In this document: piece after piece, positions 9,222-18,304 of the stretch | How the letters are laid out: each line of letters begins with the position of its first letter | Position numbering within the stretch: position 1 is the first letter of the stretch | The notes under the pieces: model-generated | The model's input: the letters and a program-made list of their open reading frames with translations, nothing else | Databases searched by the model: none | Told to the model about the DNA's origin: nothing | Virus record (IMG/VR): IMGVR_UViG_3300031998_000005 | Strand: one strand, 5' to 3' | Source: a virus | Lineage: Duplodnaviria; Caudoviricetes | DNA: 64,000 nt | Made by a program: the position numbers and the translations under genes

Positions 9222-11486
9222 TTAAGCCTCCTGTGCAAGCGACACAGCCAAAGTCTGCGTCTGGCTGTATGCAGTGATATAGACATCCACGAACCTTGCA
9301 ACACCCTTGAAACGGATAGCGTAGTCAAAGCGGAGAACTTCGTCACCGATTACGTTCTTGTCCGCATTGACAATACCCTCTTCAATGTAGTTCTTGTCAA
9401 TAAAGTTCTGGTTCAACTGATTAAGCACGGCAAGACCACGATTCACAGTGGATTGGTCGTTGTATTCAGCCACAAACGCCTTCATAGCGTCATAGATGGC
9501 GAACTTCATCCAAAGGAACGAAATAATGCAGTGAATATCGGAAAGCGATGTGTCCGTAAGTTGGCTCGTGCGTTCTTCCCAAAGATAGTAGCCACCATCT
9601 TCAATGACGGGGTTAATCTTCAACTGACGAGCAAGCATATTACGTTCGGGACCGCTAAACTGCTGCGAGAGTTCCAAACAGGAAATCTGTCCGTAGGTGT
9701 AGCCAAACGGAGGACGTGCTTCAATGCCATCGTTGTAATGGCTGTTGAGCAAGTCTGCAACCAAGCAAGCCATCGTGACCGCAGTTCTCTTACCCGCAAG
9801 GGTGCGGTAAGCATACTGACAATAGTCAGCGATAAAGCGGTTGCCGTGGCGACCCGTAAGGTTAGCGAACACATCAAACGCAGCGGAACGACCGATGTTA
9901 GACAAACCAAGGGTTGCTTCGTTGGAAGACGTAATAGCCGAAATGTAATCGGCAGGGTTCATCACGTCGCCAAGGTTCGGAGTAGCAAGACAACGCCAAC
10001 GGGTAAGGTTGTCGCCAAGCAAGACTTGGAGAGCCTGCGAGTAGGCGTAGGACTTGTTCTGCCCAAGGATTTGGTTCGGGGTAATCATACCCTCAAAGTA
10101 TTTCAGTTCGTTGGTCAGCGAATCGTTGTCGTAGTCAATGGTATAGTCGCCAAAGGTTTCGCTAGACTTCGGAACGAGATACTTGGAACTACCCATCACG
10201 GCATCAGCCTGCATAGAGATATAGTTAGCGTCAAAGTCATCGTAGGACATAGACACCACATAATCGTTCTTGCAGTAAGTTCCGTAGTAGGAAGCCCAAA
10301 ATTCGTTCTGCTCACCCATAAACATATAGGCGTTGCGGTTCTTGAGATAGAGTTGAGTGCTGATGTTGAACTTTGCAACATAGTTGCCGTCAGCCCCCTT
10401 GGAAACAGTCACGTTGCCACACGGGAACGCATAGAAACCAGGGGAAACCTTGCGACCAACTTCGGGGTCTTCGGCAATCGGCAAAGTCACCTGTGCAGAC
10501 AGGGAAACAGACAGACCAAAGCAGTTGAGTTCCTGCCTACCGCCATCCTTGCCCGAATACAACAGATACACGCCATACTTGTCATCTTCGCCCGAATCCG
10601 AACCTTCAACACCCTCACCAGGCGTGTATTGGAGCGGAATATCCCAAGACGGGTCAATCACAGGGGTCTTGCCATCGGCATACTTGGCACCCTTGATAGC
10701 GTCTGCGAACTTGTCAAACATACCCCAATCGCTACCATTGAACAGGTCGGAGTAGTCAAATTCAGCCATACGGCTCACACGACCATTCACGAACGCAGTA
10801 ATCTTGACAGGGTGTTCGCCTTCAGCACCACCGTCGCTACCCGCAGCCGAACCGACAAGGAAGCCGTCCAACTTGAAATCGCCCGTGGCGGTAATCAAAC
10901 TAGACACATCGGGGTTAAATGCGAGTTCTGCGGTCACGTCTTCGTCAATGTGGTTAGCACCATCAAAGTCAAACAACTGCACACGGACGGAACGACCTTC
11001 CTTGGCATAGGCAGACTGCGTGATGGGTTCGCTGAAACGAACAACCACGTTCTTGTTATCCTTGGCACAATAGTCGCCTTCGCCCTTAAAGTAGAGCAGA
11101 ACTTCATCGCTCTCAACAGGGGAAGCAATAGCAGACGCAGGCATCTGCGTATTGGCAACCAACTTACCATCTTCAATAGACAACTTAATCAAACCGAACG
11201 GCTTATCAGCGGGGAGCAGTTCGGGGTCTTTTGCACGGCAAAGGACCTGCGGAACTTTACGTTGTGCGAGAAGATAGGCTTCCATCGCAGCAAGTCCGTG
11301 GCGTTCCATATTCGGAGTGCCGAACGTCTTAACGTAATCGTCTTCGCTAGAAATCAAGATGGGTGTATTACAAAGTCCCCTGTCCGCTTCAATAGCACCC
11401 GCAGAACGGAAGCCGATAGCAACAGCAGAACGCTGCGACTTGTCAATCAAGTAAACGCCAACACCGGCAGAGTCGTTAATAGGCAT
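9222..11486 (-). CDS. tail sheath protein (gp18-like)
   Basis: GVGVYLID N-terminus, PILISSEDDYVKTFGTP, C-terminal ERNML..KINPV..GYYLWEERT..AEYND.. Confidence 0.92.
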   Translation of the reverse strand: MPINDSAGVGVYLIDKSQRSAVAIGFRSAGAIEADRGLCNTPILISSEDDYVKTFGTPNMERHGLAAMEAYLLAQRKVPQVLCRAKDPELLPADKPFGLIKLSIEDGKLVANTQMPASAIASPVESDEVLLYFKGEGDYCAKDNKNVVVRFSEPITQSAYAKEGRSVRVQLFDFDGANHIDEDVTAELAFNPDVSSLITATGDFKLDGFLVGSAAGSDGGAEGEHPVKITAFVNGRVSRMAEFDYSDLFNGSDWGMFDKFADAIKGAKYADGKTPVIDPSWDIPLQYTPGEGVEGSDSGEDDKYGVYLLYSGKDGGRQELNCFGLSVSLSAQVTLPIAEDPEVGRKVSPGFYAFPCGNVTVSKGADGNYVAKFNISTQLYLKNRNAYMFMGEQNEFWASYYGTYCKNDYVVSMSYDDFDANYISMQADAVMGSSKYLVPKSSETFGDYTIDYDNDSLTNELKYFEGMITPNQILGQNKSYAYSQALQVLLGDNLTRWRCLATPNLGDVMNPADYISAITSSNEATLGLSNIGRSAAFDVFANLTGRHGNRFIADYCQYAYRTLAGKRTAVTMACLVADLLNSHYNDGIEARPPFGYTYGQISCLELSQQFSGPERNMLARQLKINPVIEDGGYYLWEERTSQLTDTSLSDIHCIISFLWMKFAIYDAMKAFVAEYNDQSTVNRGLAVLNQLNQNFIDKNYIEEGIVNADKNVIGDEVLRFDYAIRFKGVARFVDVYITAYSQTQTLAVSLAQEA

Positions 11487-11488
11487 TT

Positions 11489-12655
11489 TTACTTCTCCTT
11501 GTTATACATATTTTTGGCAACGATGGAATCCATTTCCACCGTCTTTTCGGGTGCTCGGCTCATAGCGGACTCGTGCATTCTGTCAAGCAAAGCCATTTCG
11601 TCAGTGATGACTGCCTGGTGCTTTTCAGCCACTTTTTCGGGAGCATACTTGCGGGTAAAACCTTCTGCCATTTCAGCACCCATATACTTGGTTGCAACTT
11701 TCCTGGCTTCGTTCACATCTTCCTGCAAGAGCGACTTTACAAGGGTGGCGACTTTCTTCTTATCATTACCAACAAAGGATTCTCCCTTGAAACGATACTG
11801 CGAGGCGACACTTTCGCACGGCTCGGCTTCTTCCATCGCAGCACACCATTCGTCATCTTCGCAAGTATCTGCCTTTTGGCAAAGGGCATTGTCAATAATG
11901 CAGTTCACGGCAGACACAAGGAAAGAACGGAGTTCTTCAAGTTCGTAATCGGTCGGGTATTCGGGGATATTAAGGGCAAGGTCGCCCGTTTCGTCATTAT
12001 AACCACCATCAATGGTGTCCGCTCCGTAATACGGGGCAGGCACAAATTCCTGGGTAGGCTTGACGAGTTCTGCCGAACCACGGACGAGCAACTGACCGCC
12101 TTCATTGGCGATAGTCACGCCTGTGCCTTCCAAAGCGTCATTAGCAAGAGCGATGACGGCATCAAGTTCAATCGGGAAACCATCGGTGTCCACAGCGTTT
12201 TCAAGTTCTTCTTTCTTCTTGAAACTAGAACCCGTGGTCTTGTTTAGGGCATCCATAAACTTGTCGGGGTCATCAACCTCAATAGCAGAACCGTCGCCAT
12301 CTACGACATATTTCTTGCCGTCCTTTTCAAAGGACTTCACGGAGTTCTTGCCATCGCTGTAAACGGATTCAGCCTTAACAGGGTCAAACTCTACGGACAC
12401 GTTATAAGTAGCGTTGTAGCCGTTGGAAATCGGTGTCATACGAACGGACTCAATGACAGGCGAGGATGCCTTAATCTTGTCCATAAGTTGCGTGACGGCA
12501 CCTGCACCGCCCGTTACGGATTCGGTAAACGAGAAGCGACCACTCTTGTATTGGTCAATGTGGAACGCTTCACCGATGCCGTGACCAAAAGTAGCCTTAA
12601 TCCCGTTAGACAGGTCAGCCCAAAATTTAGTCTTTGCGTTTTCAGTGAAATTCAT
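11489..12655 (-). CDS. putative head internal/core protein with many xES sites
   Basis: Acidic, 388 aa; FTES/VIES/CES/MHES motifs; TATATTT box upstream. Confidence 0.45.
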   Translation of the reverse strand: MNFTENAKTKFWADLSNGIKATFGHGIGEAFHIDQYKSGRFSFTESVTGGAGAVTQLMDKIKASSPVIESVRMTPISNGYNATYNVSVEFDPVKAESVYSDGKNSVKSFEKDGKKYVVDGDGSAIEVDDPDKFMDALNKTTGSSFKKKEELENAVDTDGFPIELDAVIALANDALEGTGVTIANEGGQLLVRGSAELVKPTQEFVPAPYYGADTIDGGYNDETGDLALNIPEYPTDYELEELRSFLVSAVNCIIDNALCQKADTCEDDEWCAAMEEAEPCESVASQYRFKGESFVGNDKKKVATLVKSLLQEDVNEARKVATKYMGAEMAEGFTRKYAPEKVAEKHQAVITDEMALLDRMHESAMSRAPEKTVEMDSIVAKNMYNKEK

Positions 12656-12699
12656 TGTTAGGAACTCCTAGTTTAGTATATACTTCCCAAAATATAAAT

Positions 12700-12726
12700 A
12701 AAAAATCCCGTTGGAAAACCAACGGA
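12700..12726 (-). terminator. rho-independent terminator
   Basis: CCGTTGG-N4-CCAACGG followed by a T-run on the minus strand. Confidence 0.6.
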
Positions 12727-12774
12727 ATAATGTTTATTTGAAAATGTTGAACCGATTTTATTTTATACAAAATA

Positions 12775-12833
12775 AATATAACAAATTACCTAGTAATATA
12801 ACAAGATACCTAATAAATATAACAAAATACCTA
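12775..12833. repeat. three tandem copies of AATATAACAARWTACCTA (period 20-21 bp)
   Basis: Copies at 12775-12792, 12795-12812 and 12816-12833 in AT-rich intergenic DNA. Confidence 0.9.
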
Positions 12834-12854
12834 CAAAGTATCTGTCAAATTATT

Positions 12855-13019
12855 TCAGCACTGCACGGCTTCACGACCCCATTGTTCGTCAAGGTCGGGG
12901 TGTTCTTTGCGGAACTTTACCAAAGCCTTATGGATTTCCCAATCTATGTTCAATCCTTCCTTTTCGCACTTGGGCTTTAATTCGTTATAGAGTTCCTTTA
13001 CCTTTTCTTCCATTGTCAT
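12855..13019 (-). CDS. small hypothetical protein (54 aa, MTMEEKVKELY...)
   Basis: Translated by hand; GAGG RBS; TGCTATAT box upstream. Confidence 0.6.
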   Translation of the reverse strand: MTMEEKVKELYNELKPKCEKEGLNIDWEIHKALVKFRKEHPDLDEQWGREAVQC

Positions 13020-13140
13020 TGTATAACCTCATTTGAGTATTAAATGTGGTTGTCCATATACTATATAGCAACATACTATCAAAAACGAAAAGTTGCCGAT
13101 TTCTCGGCAACCATTCGCAACCAATCCCCTAGCACGAACA

Positions 13141-14820
13141 TTAGAGTTCGGGTTCGGGCATACCCGCAGGGTTCGGGGCTTCACCAGGCTCGCCATCGGA
13201 TGTCAGTTCTTCACCACCACCCTCTTCACCACCTTCGGGAGAGTATTCCTGTTCCACTTGGTCAATCACGGAGTCTTCGTCTTCTTCGGAGTCGGCTTCA
13301 CCACCGTCGGCAGAACCGCCTTCGTCATCAGCGACAATCTGCGTGATAGCGTCAGCCAAGATACCGATGACGTTCATATTGTCTTCGTTCTTGTGGTAAG
13401 ACAAAGCGTTCTTCAAGGTCACGCAGGCTTCGCCAAGTTGCTTGAACGATTCCACTGCGTTCTTCACTGCGTCTTCGGCATAGATAACCTCGTCATCAAA
13501 CTCGCCTGCAAGGGCAGCGTCCTTGACGAGATTATCACAGCAAGTCAGCACGGACTTGGTAAGAACCTCAAATTTCTTGCCAAGGGAAACACGCTTTCTT
13601 GCGGTGTAGGATTCCACCACGATACCGACAACAGCAAAGGTTTCTTCCACATCCCCGAAAGTATCGGAAGCGTCAAGGGCTTCGTCTTCCAAGCCAAAGA
13701 ACAAGGACGTGAACGAATCCCAAAGAGAAGAAATCTTGTCTTTGAGCGTGGACACCAATTCTTTGAGTTTGTCAAGCAGACCCTCGGACACAAGCGATTC
13801 GCCCGCTTTCGGGAGTGAAGCGATGTCGCTCTTGGAAAGCGTAGAAAGGTTGGTCTTGATAATCTGTGTCGGAGTGGACGCTTCTTTCACAATCTGTTCA
13901 ATAAGGTCACGGAGTTCCTTGAACTGCTTGGGGTCTATGATGGCTTCTTCAAGTTTCGGAGCAGTTTCCAACATAGCGTTCATACGTTCAAGGACAGGGG
14001 TAAGGCTGTTCTTTGCGAACTTGTCCTTAACACCATAGGTAGCCCTAGTCACGGTCACAAGTTGAACCACATCGTCAGCGTCCATAAGACCATCAGCGAT
14101 ACTATCCTTGATAGTCTGTGCGTCCACTTCAATGGCTCGTTTGGCATTGTCCATCCAAGCGGTAACAACCTTGTCGCCACGGGTAGCATAACGGCTGTCA
14201 AGAACTGTCAGCAACTGCATAACATCGGGGATGTTAGCATAGTCGGCATACACGACTTTAAGGGCTTCTTTGAGAGCGTCTTCAATGTCGGCTGCCGCCT
14301 TGACTTCGGGCGACTTGTTGAACGAGATAGCGTCCTTGATACCCTTGACAGACTGCTGTTTGAGCAAGTCCACTTTCTCGGAGAACTCGTTGAGTTTCTT
14401 GATGGACGCTTCCAAATCTTCCTTGGACTGCTTGAGGTCTTCGGACTTGGCTTTCAAGTGCTTGCGATGTTCTTCAAGCACGTCCAGGATTTCGCCAAAG
14501 TTGCGGAGTTTGGACTTGTCCTTGATAGTGACCATACCCGCACCGAACTTGGACGCTTCGGACTTCTTGGATTCGTTATACATCTGCGAAAGTTTCTTTG
14601 CAAAGGCTTTCGGACTACCCGAACGAGCGTCCAAACCCACAATTCCGTGGTCGTTAGCATACATACCGATAATGCTTTGGGGATTACACCCTAATTTCCG
14701 CAATTCAGCATTAAGTTTATCCATCCAAATTTCGTCTTCACGATTTTCGGACTGCTTCCCGAACTTACGGGTCGGCTGCACCGATTCAGTAGTATGGTTC
14801 TTAATTGTCATCTTGGACAT
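13141..14820 (-). CDS. putative prohead core/internal protein, coiled-coil, with tag leader
   Basis: MSKMTIKNHTTES leader, NESKKSE linker, highly acidic C-terminus. Confidence 0.55.
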   Translation of the reverse strand: MSKMTIKNHTTESVQPTRKFGKQSENREDEIWMDKLNAELRKLGCNPQSIIGMYANDHGIVGLDARSGSPKAFAKKLSQMYNESKKSEASKFGAGMVTIKDKSKLRNFGEILDVLEEHRKHLKAKSEDLKQSKEDLEASIKKLNEFSEKVDLLKQQSVKGIKDAISFNKSPEVKAAADIEDALKEALKVVYADYANIPDVMQLLTVLDSRYATRGDKVVTAWMDNAKRAIEVDAQTIKDSIADGLMDADDVVQLVTVTRATYGVKDKFAKNSLTPVLERMNAMLETAPKLEEAIIDPKQFKELRDLIEQIVKEASTPTQIIKTNLSTLSKSDIASLPKAGESLVSEGLLDKLKELVSTLKDKISSLWDSFTSLFFGLEDEALDASDTFGDVEETFAVVGIVVESYTARKRVSLGKKFEVLTKSVLTCCDNLVKDAALAGEFDDEVIYAEDAVKNAVESFKQLGEACVTLKNALSYHKNEDNMNVIGILADAITQIVADDEGGSADGGEADSEEDEDSVIDQVEQEYSPEGGEEGGGEELTSDGEPGEAPNPAGMPEPEL

Positions 14821-14831
14821 AACCCTGCTCC

Positions 14832-15548
14832 TTACTTAATTTTCAAATTCTTGTTCGGACGAACACCAAGGTTCTCGGCATACACATAATACGGCTGCGA
14901 AGCACCTTCCATAGTTGCGTCCACATAAACATAGGTTTCTTCAAAGACGGCATCGCCCTCGTTCGTTTCCAAATCGTAGTGTCCGTCATCTGCCATAGCC
15001 TGTTCGGTCTCCGAAACGTCTAACAAGATGTTCGTCCACCCACGTTTATCGGCAATAGCCACGGCTTCTTCCAAAGCACCTTCGGCATTATCGTCATCCA
15101 CGTCCACGTAGATGCCCGTGGTCGTATAACCACTACCCGACCAAATACTAACCTCGGTAGGCAGGAACATTTCTTCGGACGGATAATATGACACAACGCC
15201 ATAGGACTGCCCATCTGCGATGTTCACAGAATAGGGATAATCTTCATCGGGCATATATCCGTTCTCGCCCTCAATCTCACGGGTCGTGAACAATTCATTG
15301 TCCACGAACAACTGCATAAGTTGGCGGGCTTTATCTACAATCTCGGACGATGCTTCGGAGTCTTCAATAATGATGACATCCTTTTCAGCGTCATAACCCA
15401 AAGGCAGTTCCTTGCCGTCCACCACAATAAAGGACTGCTCCCCTTCAAGCACATCAAGGGCAGCGTCCTGCGGGTCTTCGGCTTCGGGGTATAGTTCCGA
15501 CAAGTCTTCGGACGTAAAGTAAAACTTTTGGTTATCGGGTTCAAGCAT
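14832..15548 (-). CDS. acidic putative internal-head cargo protein
   Basis: Very Asp/Glu-rich; ends in LKIK; N-domain resembles a module of 18305..22102. Confidence 0.55.
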   Translation of the reverse strand: MLEPDNQKFYFTSEDLSELYPEAEDPQDAALDVLEGEQSFIVVDGKELPLGYDAEKDVIIIEDSEASSEIVDKARQLMQLFVDNELFTTREIEGENGYMPDEDYPYSVNIADGQSYGVVSYYPSEEMFLPTEVSIWSGSGYTTTGIYVDVDDDNAEGALEEAVAIADKRGWTNILLDVSETEQAMADDGHYDLETNEGDAVFEETYVYVDATMEGASQPYYVYAENLGVRPNKNLKIK

Positions 15549-15624
15549 AAATTACTTACCTGTAAATAACTATTCGTTAGAAATATAACTAAAAATCAGT
15601 ATAAGCGAAAAGCCTTGCATACGG

Positions 15625-15651
15625 AAAAGCACCCCATTTCTAGGGTGCTTT
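15625..15651 (-). terminator. terminator-like hairpin
   Basis: AAAGCACC...GGTGCTTT. Confidence 0.6.
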
Positions 15652-15667
15652 CGCATTTCACAGGCAA

Positions 15668-17137
15668 TTAAAAGATTACGAGATAGTTCCCCTTTTCGTG
15701 CTTGTAGGCTTGTAGGTCGCCATCGTCAATAGCAGCCTCAATACATTCTTCCTTGCTCTTGGACTCGTCCTTGAACTTATCGTCAAGGTATTCGTCATAC
15801 ACCTCGTCAGCATCGCACCAAGCGGTGTATTGGAACAGGTTGTCAAAGAACCCGCAAGCGTCTTCAATTTCGCCCATTTCGGAGTAGTATTCCCACAGGG
15901 CATCCCAATAATCTTCGTTGTCATCAAGGTAGGCTGCGGACGCACACAGACGCATAAACATATTATAGTCTATGCCCATCATAATCTTGCCACCGACACC
16001 CTCGGATTTCTTACGGGATTCGTTCTGTCCGTGTTCTTCACGCCAATCATCCACAAGCGTAAAGCCCAAACGCAAAAGTTCATCATCTTCGGAAAGCGTA
16101 TCACGAATATCCGTGCCATACACCCCCATAAGATAATCTATCAAATCACCGCAATCTTCATCAGCAACGCACCTGTCCATCAGTTCTGCGAACTTGGGTT
16201 TCTTCCAATGGTTCTTATGAACATCTGCGTAAATCTTTTTTGCTTCGGGCAAAGTAAGATTATTGATAACTTCCTCGGATTTCTTATTTTCAGCAGTGTT
16301 TTTCATAGCACCTTTCTCCCTACAATACTTGCAAAGACCACCATAGCGGTCATAATCATACTCGGTCATAACCGCACCACAAGAGTCGCAGCGTTCCATA
16401 CTCTCTTTCTTGCCGTCCTTGCAGGATTCGGGTTTCTTGGATTCGCTCAACTCGCCACCCAAGACCTTTGCCAATTCTTCGGCGGCTTCCTTGTTAGGCA
16501 GATGAACGTAGAATATGTTTTCGTAATAGTAGTCGGCTCGTTCGTCACCGCCTTCTATCTTGATAGTAAATTCGGGGTCATCCTTTGCCTGGTCTTCATC
16601 AAAGACAATATCATCGCCCTCACCCTCATAGGTATAATACTTGGAGAGAACATCCACCACATCTTCAAGCACATACTCGGCATCGGCATACCCTATAAGT
16701 TCTTCAAAACCATCATAGGTTTCAATTTGAGTAGAACCCCTTTCGTTCTTCTTGGATTCGGACTTACCCGCCTGTTTCAAGCACTTGTCAATAAGCGGGA
16801 AGGGGTCAAAGTCACCAACGTGTCCGTCAGCCTCCCCTAGAACATCGCAATCAGCCGTGTCATATTGACACGTAAGCCAAGAGTGTCCGTTTTCCAAATC
16901 AGTGACAAGAGTCAGCATAAATTCAGTGTCGGGGGCCATTCCCTCGACATTCTTAATGCTGCAATGCCACTCGGCATATCCCTCGGAACCACCATCATTC
17001 CAAGCGTCAATCACATCGCCCTTGTCGCCAATCACAGACTGCACACAAGAACGAAATTCGGATTCAAGGTTCTGCCCATAGGCATTTCCGTATTCTTCCT
17101 GCCCATAGTCTCGTGCAAAATTTTTAATAGCGTTCAT
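15668..17137 (-). CDS. acidic multi-module polyprotein with ESKKxE linkers
   Basis: Linkers ESKKNE, ESKKPE, ENKKSE, ESRKKSE; includes a CxxC..CxxC module. Confidence 0.7.
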   Translation of the reverse strand: MNAIKNFARDYGQEEYGNAYGQNLESEFRSCVQSVIGDKGDVIDAWNDGGSEGYAEWHCSIKNVEGMAPDTEFMLTLVTDLENGHSWLTCQYDTADCDVLGEADGHVGDFDPFPLIDKCLKQAGKSESKKNERGSTQIETYDGFEELIGYADAEYVLEDVVDVLSKYYTYEGEGDDIVFDEDQAKDDPEFTIKIEGGDERADYYYENIFYVHLPNKEAAEELAKVLGGELSESKKPESCKDGKKESMERCDSCGAVMTEYDYDRYGGLCKYCREKGAMKNTAENKKSEEVINNLTLPEAKKIYADVHKNHWKKPKFAELMDRCVADEDCGDLIDYLMGVYGTDIRDTLSEDDELLRLGFTLVDDWREEHGQNESRKKSEGVGGKIMMGIDYNMFMRLCASAAYLDDNEDYWDALWEYYSEMGEIEDACGFFDNLFQYTAWCDADEVYDEYLDDKFKDESKSKEECIEAAIDDGDLQAYKHEKGNYLVIF

Positions 17138-17149
17138 CGTTATCTCTCC

Positions 17150-17842
17150 TTATGCGATATTGCCATCTTCAGTGAACTCGTATTCACGCCATTCAATTTC
17201 GTCCTTGATGTCATCATCGGACACTTCGTAGAACCAATCATAGCCGTCATCTCCAAACTGACTATCTATGTGACCCATAACATCACGAGCATAGGTTTCA
17301 AGTTCGTTCAACAAACCTATTTCGTCATCAGTCAGTTCCACGTCATAGTCGGGAACGACCTCAAGGCGGTCAGCCAACGAGTAGCCGTAACGATTGTTAT
17401 ACGCAAGGTCAATATCATAAATATCTGCCTTGTCGCACACAGCCTTGATAGCGTCCTTGTCCGAAAGGGGCTTGATGTTAGAACCCGTAAGCGGGTATTT
17501 AGACACGTCCGCATTCAGCAAATCATCTACACGCAATTTGCCGTAAGTATTAAACCCATCGCCCTGGGAATAGGACAGGGAATACTGCACTTTCAAATCG
17601 GAGTTCGGGAACAATTCATCAAGACACGTTACACACGAATCCGAGAACGTGGAGTAATCATCGCTACGAATACGCAGGATTTCTTCTTTCACTGCGTCCT
17701 TTGCCGTTTTCTTGGCTTCATCGGAAAGTTCATCGTAGGAATAAACGTCATAACTAGGCGGTTGAATCGTCCGCTTTTCGGAACGCTTATTCTTGGCGAG
17801 GCTTTCAATCTTCTTGTTCATAGAACACTTAAACTTTTTCAT
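17150..17842 (-). CDS. acidic phage protein (VYxYDELSDEAK...EYEFTEDG family) with CSMNKKIES leader
   Basis: Recognisable widespread phage/plasmid domain of unclear function. Confidence 0.65.
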   Translation of the reverse strand: MKKFKCSMNKKIESLAKNKRSEKRTIQPPSYDVYSYDELSDEAKKTAKDAVKEEILRIRSDDYSTFSDSCVTCLDELFPNSDLKVQYSLSYSQGDGFNTYGKLRVDDLLNADVSKYPLTGSNIKPLSDKDAIKAVCDKADIYDIDLAYNNRYGYSLADRLEVVPDYDVELTDDEIGLLNELETYARDVMGHIDSQFGDDGYDWFYEVSDDDIKDEIEWREYEFTEDGNIA

Positions 17843-17857
17843 AGTTCCGTCCTTTTA

Positions 17858-18292
17858 TTAAAGTTTAGACGCTGCCAAAGATACAGCCCCCGCAAGAGAA
17901 ACCATATCTTCCTTTCGTTCGTCCATAGCCTTCAGCAACTGACGGAGCGATGGAACACCCGCCAAACCGCTGTTACGATACATTTCCGCTTCGTCTTCGG
18001 GGTCAAAACCATCGGCATATTCTACAAGTTCGTCTGCCATCGCAGAAATGGTTTCAGCAAAATCTTCCCCTGCGTTCCACACCACAGAAAACGTAGCGTC
18101 ACCACCTGTAGAATAATCATAACCCGAAATCTCGGCACAGATTTCACCAGGACGATTTTCGGAAACATAAGCGGATTCAAACATCGTCCCCGCCTTTCCC
18201 ATCACACCTTCAAGCCAATCTCGGATAGCGTCATAATCGCTATAGGCTTCGTTCTTCTTGGATTCACGAACCTTAATCTTCATCTTGGACAT
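17858..18292 (-). CDS. tagged acidic cargo protein
   Basis: MSKMKIKVRESKKNE leader. Confidence 0.7.
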   Translation of the reverse strand: MSKMKIKVRESKKNEAYSDYDAIRDWLEGVMGKAGTMFESAYVSENRPGEICAEISGYDYSTGGDATFSVVWNAGEDFAETISAMADELVEYADGFDPEDEAEMYRNSGLAGVPSLRQLLKAMDERKEDMVSLAGAVSLAASKL

Positions 18293-18304
18293 AATATATT
18301 CTCC

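Noticed and set aside
8664-11948. 1094-aa plus-strand ORF (also 16865..18655, 22788..24932, 27595..29724)
   Set aside because: Antisense shadows of codon-biased minus-strand genes; no motifs or RBS
12775-12833. Possible mini-CRISPR array
   Set aside because: The 18-bp units have only 2-3 nt between them, so there are no spacers; no cas genes in the window
12711-12980. 89-aa plus-strand ORF
   Set aside because: It runs through a terminator and the repeat array, and lies opposite a better-supported 54-aa minus-strand ORF
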